Shown here piece after piece: positions 9,719-17,468 of a stretch of DNA of 64,000 nucleotides. Made by a program: the position numbers and the translations under genes. The DNA lies in NCBI GenBank assembly GCA_047601445.1, contig JASGJH010000001.1, forward strand, positions 3,296,001-3,360,000. The letters are read 5' to 3'. Each line of letters opens with the position of its first letter. Within the stretch, counting starts at the first letter, position 1. This DNA comes from Myxococcales bacterium (lineage in GTDB: Bacteria; Myxococcota_A; Polyangia; Polyangiales; DASUME01). The notes below the pieces were generated by a model, which did not search any database, had not been told where the DNA came from, and saw nothing but the letters and a program-made list of their open reading frames with translations.

Positions 9719-10366
9719 GTGTCGAACGCCGTGTTTGATTTTGACGGAACCCTGATCGACGGGGACTCCACCACCCGCTGGCTCCTCGATGTGTTCAAGC
9801 GCTCACCGGTGCGCCTGGCAGTGGCCCTGCTGCTGCTGCCCGTGGCCCTGCCGATGACGGTGCTACCGGCTACACGACGGCGCGGCGCCTCGATTTTCCT
9901 GTGGCTCGCCACGCTGGGCCTCGACGAAGCCGCCGTGGATCGCTCCCTGACGGAGTTCGCGCGCCGCTTCCAGGCCGGGCAACTCCCGCTCGGCTTTCGT
10001 CCCGGGGGGGTCGAGACGCTGGAACGCCACTTGGCCGACGGCCACCGCGTGGCCATCTGCACGGCCGCACCGGCGGTGGTGGCACGTGCCCTCCTGACTC
10101 CGTGGCAGCAGCAGATCGCCATCGTGGGCTCGCCCCTACGCCGGATCGCAGGCGGCTGGATCTTCGAGCGTCACTGCTACGCCTGGGAGAAGTGCACGTT
10201 CCTGCGCGAGGCTGGCTACCCGGACAACTGGCAGTTCGCTTACACGGACAGCATCGCCGACCGCGCCCTGCTCGTGAACGCAGACCGGGGCTACGTGATC
10301 AACCCGAGCAAGCTCCTGCTGCGCCGCGTGCGTGCCGACAAGCTCGCCGAAGCCCTGGCCTGGTAA
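9719..10366 (+). CDS. HAD-IB hydrolase, phosphatidylglycerophosphatase C-like
   Basis: FDFDGTL motif I, hydrophobic segment, GGW...CYAWEK, AYTDSIAD motif IV. Layout recalls PgpC/YfhB. Confidence 0.8.
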   Translation: MSNAVFDFDGTLIDGDSTTRWLLDVFKRSPVRLAVALLLLPVALPMTVLPATRRRGASIFLWLATLGLDEAAVDRSLTEFARRFQAGQLPLGFRPGGVETLERHLADGHRVAICTAAPAVVARALLTPWQQQIAIVGSPLRRIAGGWIFERHCYAWEKCTFLREAGYPDNWQFAYTDSIADRALLVNADRGYVINPSKLLLRRVRADKLAEALAW

Positions 10367-10851
10367 GCCCAGGATCCAGTCTTCCGCAGTCTGCTCCGTC
10401 AGACCCTGAGAGTAAGAAGACAGCGAGCGGTGCACTGCCATTCGGGGTGATTCGATGCCCCGTCGTATGGGCTCCGCGCTCGCATATCAGGCCGATTGCG
10501 CACGGATGTCCTGGCTGACGCAGCGCTCGTTGTTGTGTGTGCGGGCAGGCCTTTTCTGCAGCTTTTGAAGCGACCTGGCCGTGTGGTCTGGCCCCCCAAT
10601 CCAGCTGCAATGGGCCTTCGGGTAAGGCTCGAGCCGAGCACCGATTCGATCGGGGCCGTACCACGATGTCGCTGACATCAAACGGCTTCTTGCCCACAGT
10701 GGACCACCCCGCCCGCTTGCAGGTCCCCATGGGTAGGAGCGAATTGATCGCCATCGTGGAGCGCTGTCAGGGCACAATTGTCAGGACGCCCACGCCTTGA
10801 ATCCGACGACACCGCTCGCTATTTTTGCCACCGATGAGGGGTCCTGGTCCT

Positions 10852-11457
10852 ATGGTTCTCACGCAGAGCTACGCATCCGCCGTGGACACCTCATCGGAGA
10901 ACATCGGAACCCAAGGGGCGCCCGGCTCGCAAACGCCGGCGCGCTTCGACACGTTCTTGCCTCGTCTTCAGATCTCCGAGGCCGTGTTCCAGTCGGTCCC
11001 CGCGTTCGTGGCCAACCGACTTCGTACCCGCGCGCTGCGCTTCGCCGGGGTACGCATCGGCACCGGGACGGTGTTCTTCGATTTCCCCACCATGGTGGGG
11101 AGTGGCAATTTTGTCGGCCGCCTCAGCGTAGGTGAGCTGTGTGGATTCAATCGCGGGTGCTTCTTCGAGCTCGATGACCAGATCAGCATCGGCAATCACG
11201 TGGCCGTTGGGCACGACGTGATGCTGCTGACGCGCACCCACGAACTTGGTCATTCTTCGCGCCGCGCGGGCGCGGTACGCACGGCTCCGGTAGTGATCGA
11301 GGACGGCGTCTGGCTGGGAGCTCGCTGCACGGTTCTACCGGGCGTGACAATCGGGGCCGGCGCGGTGATCGGCTCGTCGGTCGTGATCACCAAGAACGTC
11401 CCACCAGATAGCCTGGTCATGGGCAACACTCAGATTTCCATAGCGAAGTGGCGATGA
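10852..11457 (+). CDS. Hexapeptide-repeat (LbH) acyltransferase
   Basis: LLTRTHELG, APVVIEDGVWLGARCTVLPGVTIGAGAVIG (maltose/galactoside acetyltransferase-like). Confidence 0.88.
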   Translation: MVLTQSYASAVDTSSENIGTQGAPGSQTPARFDTFLPRLQISEAVFQSVPAFVANRLRTRALRFAGVRIGTGTVFFDFPTMVGSGNFVGRLSVGELCGFNRGCFFELDDQISIGNHVAVGHDVMLLTRTHELGHSSRRAGAVRTAPVVIEDGVWLGARCTVLPGVTIGAGAVIGSSVVITKNVPPDSLVMGNTQISIAKWR

Positions 11458-11518
11458 GCGCTCCGTGCCGCCTGGTCGCGCGGCACGGGCACCTAGCCAG
11501 GAGCAGTCGAGAGAAACA

Positions 11519-11833
11519 ATGATAGAGCGGAAAACAGCATACGATGTGGTCGCTTCATGCCTGCGCGCAACGATGGAGGAGACCGGTAATACGGCCGAAG
11601 TGACGGAGGACACCGTCATCGTCGGGCCGGGCGCCGCGTTGGACTCGGTCGAGGTGGTGGCACTCATTGTCAACATCGAGCAGTCCTTGGAAATGGACCA
11701 CGACGTATCCGTCACCTTGGCGAGCGACAAGGCCATGTCACAGCGCTCGAGTCCCTTCCGCACTGTCGGCGTACTCGCCGATCACATTCTGTCCGTGATC
11801 GCCGAGAACAGCCTCGAGGGGAGCGCAGCGTGA
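11519..11833 (+). CDS. Acyl carrier protein
   Basis: Acidic ~104 aa protein with LDSV phosphopantetheine site and AMSQRSSPFRTVGVLADHI tail. Confidence 0.85.
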   Translation: MIERKTAYDVVASCLRATMEETGNTAEVTEDTVIVGPGAALDSVEVVALIVNIEQSLEMDHDVSVTLASDKAMSQRSSPFRTVGVLADHILSVIAENSLEGSAA

Positions 11834-12534
11834 CCGAGAAGCCAGTCGTCATCGTCACGGGTTCGCGCAAAGGCATCGGCAAGCACCTGGCGGAGACCTA
11901 CGCGCAGCGTGGCTACCTCGTGGAAGGCTGCAGCCGCGGCGGAGCCAGCTTCGAGCACGAGAACTACACCCACCACGAAGTCGACGTCGCCAACGAGAAG
12001 CAGGTGAAAGCGATGATTACGAACGTGGCCAAGCGCCACGGTCGCATCGACGTGCTCATGAACAACGCGGCCATCGCCACCATGAACCACGTGCTGCTGA
12101 CCCCGGCGGCCACCTCGAACCGCATGCTCGAGGTCAACGTCACGGGCACCATGCTGTTCTGTCGCGACGCCGCCAAGGTCATGATGCGTCGCCGCTATGG
12201 CCGCATCATCAACTTCACCACCATCGTGGCCCCCATCGCGCTGGCGGGCGAAGCCATCTACGCCGCCTCCAAGAGCGCCGTGGTCACGCTAACCCGCATT
12301 TTGGCCTTCGAGCTCGGACAGTGGGGCATCACCTGCAACTCGTTCGGTGCCACCCCCATCATGACCGACATGATCAAGGGCGTACCGAAGGACAAGATCG
12401 ACGCGGTGGTGCAGAACCTGGCCATCAAGCGCCTCGGCACCTACGAAGATTGCTCCAACGTGTGCGACTTCTTCATCAGCCCGGCCAGCGACAACATTAC
12501 CGGTCAGGTCATCTATCTCGGCGGAATCACCTGA
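11830..12534 (+). CDS. SDR oxidoreductase, 3-oxoacyl-ACP reductase-like
   Basis: TGSRKGIG, NNAA, YAASK, ITGQVI. GTGA overlap with ACP. Confidence 0.9.
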   Translation: MTEKPVVIVTGSRKGIGKHLAETYAQRGYLVEGCSRGGASFEHENYTHHEVDVANEKQVKAMITNVAKRHGRIDVLMNNAAIATMNHVLLTPAATSNRMLEVNVTGTMLFCRDAAKVMMRRRYGRIINFTTIVAPIALAGEAIYAASKSAVVTLTRILAFELGQWGITCNSFGATPIMTDMIKGVPKDKIDAVVQNLAIKRLGTYEDCSNVCDFFISPASDNITGQVIYLGGIT

Positions 12535-13947
12535 GTGAGCGAGCACGTGGAAGCTGCCGCGCCAAGCACCAACGACCCGGGTACGGAATGGTTGTTCGAA
12601 CGCATGGCCGAGCGCCGGGACCAGCCAGCGCTCGTGTGGCAAGACAAGGTGTCGTCGTTCGGGGACTTGCTGGCACGGGCGCAGGATTGGCACGCAGAGC
12701 TCGAGCGCCGCAAGGTCGTCGCCGGTAGCGTGGTGCTCATCGAGGGCGGCTTCTCGCCCAACGCGGTGGGTCTCGTGCTGGCGCTCGTGCAGCGCAAGGC
12801 CGTGATCGTGCCGCTCACCCCGCTGTCACGGGTACACCGCCCGCAGTTCGTCGAGCTGGCCCAGGTGCAGTGCAGTGTGCTGTTCGACGACCAAGACCAG
12901 TGGACCATCGTCGAAGAGGGACACTCCGTAGACAACGCCCTGCTGCAGAAGCTCACCGCGCGCGGCCACCCCGGGCTCGTGATCTTCTCCTCGGGCTCCA
13001 CGGGCAAGCCCAAGGCCGTGCTCCACGACATGGTGGCACTGCTCGGCAAGTTCAGGAAGCCCTCGGCCCCCAAGAGCATTTTGACCTTCCTGCTGTTCGA
13101 TCACATCGGCGGCATGGATACCCTGTTCACCTCCCTGAGCAGCGGCGGCACCATGGTCACCACGCCCAGCCGCGACCCGGACGTCGTGTGCCGAGCCATC
13201 GCGGCCCATCGGGTCCACACCCTGCCCGCCTCGCCCACCTTCCTCAACCTGCTGCTCATCTCCGAGGCCTACCGCAACCACGACATGAGCGCGCTGCGCG
13301 TGATCGCCTACGGCACCGAGTCGATGCCGACCAATGTTCTGCAAAAGCTGAGCGAAGCCTTCCCGGGCGTGAAACTGGCGCAGACCTATGGCATCTCGGA
13401 ACTCGGCGTACTGCGCACCCGTTCCCGCGACGATGGTTCGCTCTGGATCAAGTTCAAGACCGACGACTTCCAGGTCAAGGTCGTGGACAACGTACTCTGG
13501 ATCCGCACCCCCGCCGCGATGATGGGCTATCTCAACGCGCCCGATCTGCTCGACGCCGACGGCTGGCTCAACACCGAGGACGCCGTGGAGGTCGATGGCG
13601 ACTATTTCCGCATCCTCGGGCGCGTGAGCGAGCTGGTCAACGTGGGCGGCCAGAAGGTGTTCCCCGCGGAGGTGGAGAACATCATCTCGCAGATGGAGAA
13701 CGTGCGCGACGTGGCGGTGTACGGCGAGCGCAATCCGCTCACGGGACAGTCATTGGCCGCGCGCGTGAACCTGCTGACCCCCGAGCCCTTCGATGCCTTC
13801 CGGAAGCGCCTGCGAGCCTTTTGCCGGGAGCGCCTGCCGAGCTACAAGATCCCCACCCGCGTCGAACTGACCGAACAGGACCAGTTCGGCACGCGCTTCA
13901 AGAAGATGCGCCGCCAATCGCCCGAAAAGCCTGGGGAGTCCTCGTGA
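12535..13947 (+). CDS. ANL-family adenylating enzyme (acyl-CoA/acyl-ACP ligase)
   Basis: FSSGSTGKPK P-loop, QTYGISE, GWLNTED, GRVSELVNVGGQKVFPAEVE. Confidence 0.9.
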   Translation: MSEHVEAAAPSTNDPGTEWLFERMAERRDQPALVWQDKVSSFGDLLARAQDWHAELERRKVVAGSVVLIEGGFSPNAVGLVLALVQRKAVIVPLTPLSRVHRPQFVELAQVQCSVLFDDQDQWTIVEEGHSVDNALLQKLTARGHPGLVIFSSGSTGKPKAVLHDMVALLGKFRKPSAPKSILTFLLFDHIGGMDTLFTSLSSGGTMVTTPSRDPDVVCRAIAAHRVHTLPASPTFLNLLLISEAYRNHDMSALRVIAYGTESMPTNVLQKLSEAFPGVKLAQTYGISELGVLRTRSRDDGSLWIKFKTDDFQVKVVDNVLWIRTPAAMMGYLNAPDLLDADGWLNTEDAVEVDGDYFRILGRVSELVNVGGQKVFPAEVENIISQMENVRDVAVYGERNPLTGQSLAARVNLLTPEPFDAFRKRLRAFCRERLPSYKIPTRVELTEQDQFGTRFKKMRRQSPEKPGESS

Positions 13948-14540
13948 ACGTAAGCCCACAGCATGTCCGCTCGCTGGTCGAGCGCGCACGCAGCATTTTC
14001 ACCGACGAGTTCGGCCAGTTCCGGATGAACCTGCAGAGCGCGCGGCTCATCTCGCGGATGATCCCCGCGGCCGTGCCGCCTCGCGAGGCCAACGCCATCC
14101 GCGTCGCGCTGCTTCGTCAGATGGGGTTCAGCGTGGGCGAAGGCACGGTCTTCGCCGGCATGCCCAACCTGCAGGCCACCGGCGACGCCATGAAGGGCAT
14201 GCTGGAGGTCGGTCACGATTGCTCCATCGATCTCGAAGTCACCTTCGACCTCGGAGAGCGCATCACGCTGGGGAACTCGGTGACCATTGGGCATCAGGTG
14301 CTCCTGCTCACCACGTCCCACGAGCTCGGTCCGCGCGTGCATCGCGCAGGCCCGGTGACCCGTCAGCCGATCAAGATCTGCGATGGAGCCTGGATCGGTG
14401 CGCGGGCGGTGATCCTGCCAGGGATCACCGTGGGCGCTGGCGCGGTCGTGGCGCCCGGCACGTTGGTTACGAAGGACGTGCCCGAGGACACTCGAGTGGG
14501 CGGCGTTCCTGCGAAGGGCGGCGAGAAGCTCGCGCCATGA
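13944..14540 (+). CDS. Hexapeptide-repeat (LbH) acyltransferase, paralog of 10852-11457
   Basis: LLTTSHELG...[42 protein letters not shown] overlap. Confidence 0.88.
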   Translation: MNVSPQHVRSLVERARSIFTDEFGQFRMNLQSARLISRMIPAAVPPREANAIRVALLRQMGFSVGEGTVFAGMPNLQATGDAMKGMLEVGHDCSIDLEVTFDLGERITLGNSVTIGHQVLLLTTSHELGPRVHRAGPVTRQPIKICDGAWIGARAVILPGITVGAGAVVAPGTLVTKDVPEDTRVGGVPAKGGEKLAP

Positions 14541-15391
14541 GTTCGACAAAGCGCCGGCCCTGGATGATCGCGCTGGCCGCGATCGGAGTAGCGGTACTCA
14601 TGTTGCCTCTCGTCCAACGGGTCCTCCACCGTCACATCATCCGCTATGTCTACGCGACCGGCGCCATCGACCCGGCCGCCTACCGCACACTCACGGGCAA
14701 GCCCGCCTGGCATGCGAGCGAGCTCGAGGTCGAGCCGGGCGTGAAGCTCAAGGGCATCGTGCGTCGTCCCAGCGCGAGCGACGCACCGTGGATCTTCTTT
14801 CTGACCGGGAACGATCAGACACCGCTCATCACGGCCCAGCAGTTCATCGAGAACGTGCGCGGCGACCACGACTGGGGAGCCGCGGTGTACGCCTATCGCG
14901 GCTACGACTCGTCGGAAGGCACGCCCGATCGTGATGACATCGCTGCCGACATGCTGTCGGTCTTCCATCAATTGGTGGAAAAAGAGCGCGTGCCGGCCAA
15001 GCGCATCCACGTGGCGGCCTTCTCACTGGGTGCCTACTTCGCCTCGTCCGTGGTGGCAGCGCTGCCTGCCGCCGACAAGCCGGGCTCCCTCACGCTGCTG
15101 GCACCTGCCGCAGACATCTACATGATCCGCAAGTCCTGGGCAGCGCCACTTTTGGCGGGCGACCGCATCGAGACCGTGCCGCTCCTGGACAAGGTTCCTG
15201 CCCCGGTGCTCGTGTTGCAGGGAGCCGACGACCAAACCACGGGCGTGGTGCAGGGCAAGGCGGTGGCGGGCGCGCTCGGCTCGAAGGCTCGCTACCAGGA
15301 GTTCCCGGGCATCGGCCACACCGAGCTGCTCGAGTCCACGCTGGCCGCAGCCGCGACCCGGGCGGGCATCGAAGCGCAGCTAGCCCACTGA
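14537..15391 (+). CDS. Membrane-anchored alpha/beta hydrolase
   Basis: N-terminal TM, YRGYDSSEGTP, nucleophile elbow AFSLG, PVLVLQGADD, GIGH. ATGA overlap. Confidence 0.8.
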   Translation: MSSTKRRPWMIALAAIGVAVLMLPLVQRVLHRHIIRYVYATGAIDPAAYRTLTGKPAWHASELEVEPGVKLKGIVRRPSASDAPWIFFLTGNDQTPLITAQQFIENVRGDHDWGAAVYAYRGYDSSEGTPDRDDIAADMLSVFHQLVEKERVPAKRIHVAAFSLGAYFASSVVAALPAADKPGSLTLLAPAADIYMIRKSWAAPLLAGDRIETVPLLDKVPAPVLVLQGADDQTTGVVQGKAVAGALGSKARYQEFPGIGHTELLESTLAAAATRAGIEAQLAH

Positions 15392-15409
15392 GGGCTCGGC
15401 CGCGGGGCG

Positions 15410-17074
15410 TCAGTGGCGCCCTGCGGCAGCGCGCGTCTGCTTCGCGGCTGGCCGCGATGCCAGATCGGACAGCGTACCGAACAGCGCATCGCGATCGAGG
15501 GGCTTCGGAAGAAACGCGGAAAACCCCGAGAGAAAGGCGCGATCCACGTCGTCCGGACTCGAAAGCGCGCTGATCGCCAGCATCTTGCAGCGGCTGCCGT
15601 AGCGACGACGAATCTCACTCGCCAGCTCGAAGCCATTGGTTCCCGGCATGCGCAGGTCGCTCACCACGAGATCGATGGGCTCCCCTTCGAGCCGCGCCAG
15701 CGCGGCCGCGGCCCCGGGCACGCTCACAGCCTCGGCCCCGAACCCGCGCACGGCCCGCGCCGTGATTTCCCGGATGTCGTCGTCATCGTCCACCACCAGC
15801 ACGCGCAGCCCGTGCAGAACGCTGCTGAGCTCGGGAGCCACGGGCCGCGCCGGAGTGCCGCTGCTGCGTTCGGCGAGGGCCAATAGCTCCACGGTGAAGA
15901 GCGAGCCCCTACCGCGCCCGTCGCTGTGCGCGGTGACGCGCCCCTCGTGCAGGTCCACCAGGTGCTTGGTGATCGCCAGCCCTAGGCCGAGCCCGCTGTC
16001 GCGGGTGCGGGGCGCCTCACCCTGGCGGAAGGCCTCGAACATGCGCGGTAAGAGCTGCGCATCGATGCCGCGCCCGCTGTCGCGCACCTCGATGCGCGCG
16101 GCGATGCCCTGGCGCGCCACCTTGACCTGCACGCTGCCACGCTCGGGCGTGAACTTGATGGCGTTACCTACCAGGTTCTGCAGCACCTGCTCCAGTCTGG
16201 ACGCGTCTCCCATCACGAACACCCCTGGCTCCGCCTCCACGCTGAGCTGGATGCCGCGCTTGTGGGCGGTGATGGCGAGGCTGGTACCGAGACTGCGCAC
16301 CAACTCACTCAAGTCGAGTGGGATACGCTCCAGCCTGAGCTTGCCTGCGGCGATGCGTGAGAGGTCGACCAGGTCTTCGATCAGCTTGGCCTGCAGGCGC
16401 GCGTTGCGCTCGATGGCCTCGAGCGCACTCACCGTGTGGACGTCGTAGTCCTGGCGTCGCTCCAGCAGGTAGGCGCTCCACCCCACCACCACGTTCAACG
16501 GCGTGCGCAGGTCGTGCCCGACTGCCGCGAAGAAGAGGTCCTTGGCCAGGCTCTCGGCCTCGGCCGCCTCGCGCGCGCGGTTGAGCTCGAGCATGCGCTC
16601 GCGCTCGGTCAGATCGCTGACCACCACCACGAAACGGCGCCCATCGCCGCTGCCCACCTGGGTCAAAGCGAGCTGCACCGAGAGCTCGCGCTCGTCGGAC
16701 ACGTGGAGCCGAACACCGAGCTTTTGCGATTGGTCACTGGCCAAGGCATCGCGAAACGCAAACGCAGGCGACACGATGAAGGCGTCGAAGGGCACGCCCA
16801 GCAGCTCCTCGCGCGGACGGCCGATGAGCTCTGCCATGAAGCGATTGCAGTAGAGGATGTGCCCCGAGGCGTCGAGTGATACGGCGCCCTCGGCCATCTG
16901 CTCCAGGAATTGTCGATAGGGCAGGTCGGCGCTCTCCAGCGTGTAGACCTGCTGCCCCTCCGAGCCGCGAACCACCACGGCGTCGACCAGGCCCTCGCGG
17001 ATCGCGTTGAGGGTCGCCTCGGCCTCCTCGAGCCTCTGACGTAACCGCTCGGTGTCGTCGCTCGAAACGCTCAT
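15410..17074 (-). CDS. Hybrid histidine kinase (PAS-HisKA-HATPase-REC)
   Basis: H-box GHDLRTPL, N-box NLVGNAIKFT, DSGRGI, GLGLGL; REC VLVVDDD...DLRMP...KP. AAGGAGG RBS before ATG 17074. No TM. Confidence 0.92.
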   Translation of the reverse strand: MSVSSDDTERLRQRLEEAEATLNAIREGLVDAVVVRGSEGQQVYTLESADLPYRQFLEQMAEGAVSLDASGHILYCNRFMAELIGRPREELLGVPFDAFIVSPAFAFRDALASDQSQKLGVRLHVSDERELSVQLALTQVGSGDGRRFVVVVSDLTERERMLELNRAREAAEAESLAKDLFFAAVGHDLRTPLNVVVGWSAYLLERRQDYDVHTVSALEAIERNARLQAKLIEDLVDLSRIAAGKLRLERIPLDLSELVRSLGTSLAITAHKRGIQLSVEAEPGVFVMGDASRLEQVLQNLVGNAIKFTPERGSVQVKVARQGIAARIEVRDSGRGIDAQLLPRMFEAFRQGEAPRTRDSGLGLGLAITKHLVDLHEGRVTAHSDGRGRGSLFTVELLALAERSSGTPARPVAPELSSVLHGLRVLVVDDDDDIREITARAVRGFGAEAVSVPGAAAALARLEGEPIDLVVSDLRMPGTNGFELASEIRRRYGSRCKMLAISALSSPDDVDRAFLSGFSAFLPKPLDRDALFGTLSDLASRPAAKQTRAAAGRH

Positions 17075-17117
17075 GGCCAGAACCTCCTTAGGCGGTGACG
17101 CGCACAACGCGAATCCG

Positions 17118-17468
17118 TCAGCGTGCCCCGCCCCTGGACAGATCGAGGGAGACCAGCGCCTTGTCCGCGTCCGAGAGGTCGCCGATCACGCGCTTGATGG
17201 GTTCGGGGAGCTTGCGGATCAAGGTCGGGATCGCGACGATTTGATGCGTCTTGGCGAGACTCGGCTCCTTGAGCAGATCGATCACCTCGATGGTGTAACC
17301 CGTCTTGAGGTGAGCCTCGCATAGCTTGCGTAGGTTCGTGATCGCCGAGCGCGATTTCGGAGAATCACCCGCCACGTAGAGTCGAAGATTCCAGACATTT
17401 TCGACTCCGTTCTGGCGCAACGCGTCTTCTTGATGGCCCATGGGATTCCCCCGATCCTCGAAGATCAC
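17118..17468 (-). CDS. kaiB: KaiB-family clock protein
   Basis: LRLYVAGDSPKS...NLRKLCE...IEVIDL...IVAIPTLIRKLPEPIKRVIGDLS. Start at GTG 17468 (overlaps kaiC stop) or ATG 17441. Confidence 0.95.
   Translation of the reverse strand: MIFEDRGNPMGHQEDALRQNGVENVWNLRLYVAGDSPKSRSAITNLRKLCEAHLKTGYTIEVIDLLKEPSLAKTHQIVAIPTLIRKLPEPIKRVIGDLSDADKALVSLDLSRGGAR

Noticed and set aside
10537..10800. Small ORFs in the 10.4-10.8 kb spacer
   Set aside because: No RBS, motif or clear codon bias; a small peptide cannot be fully excluded.
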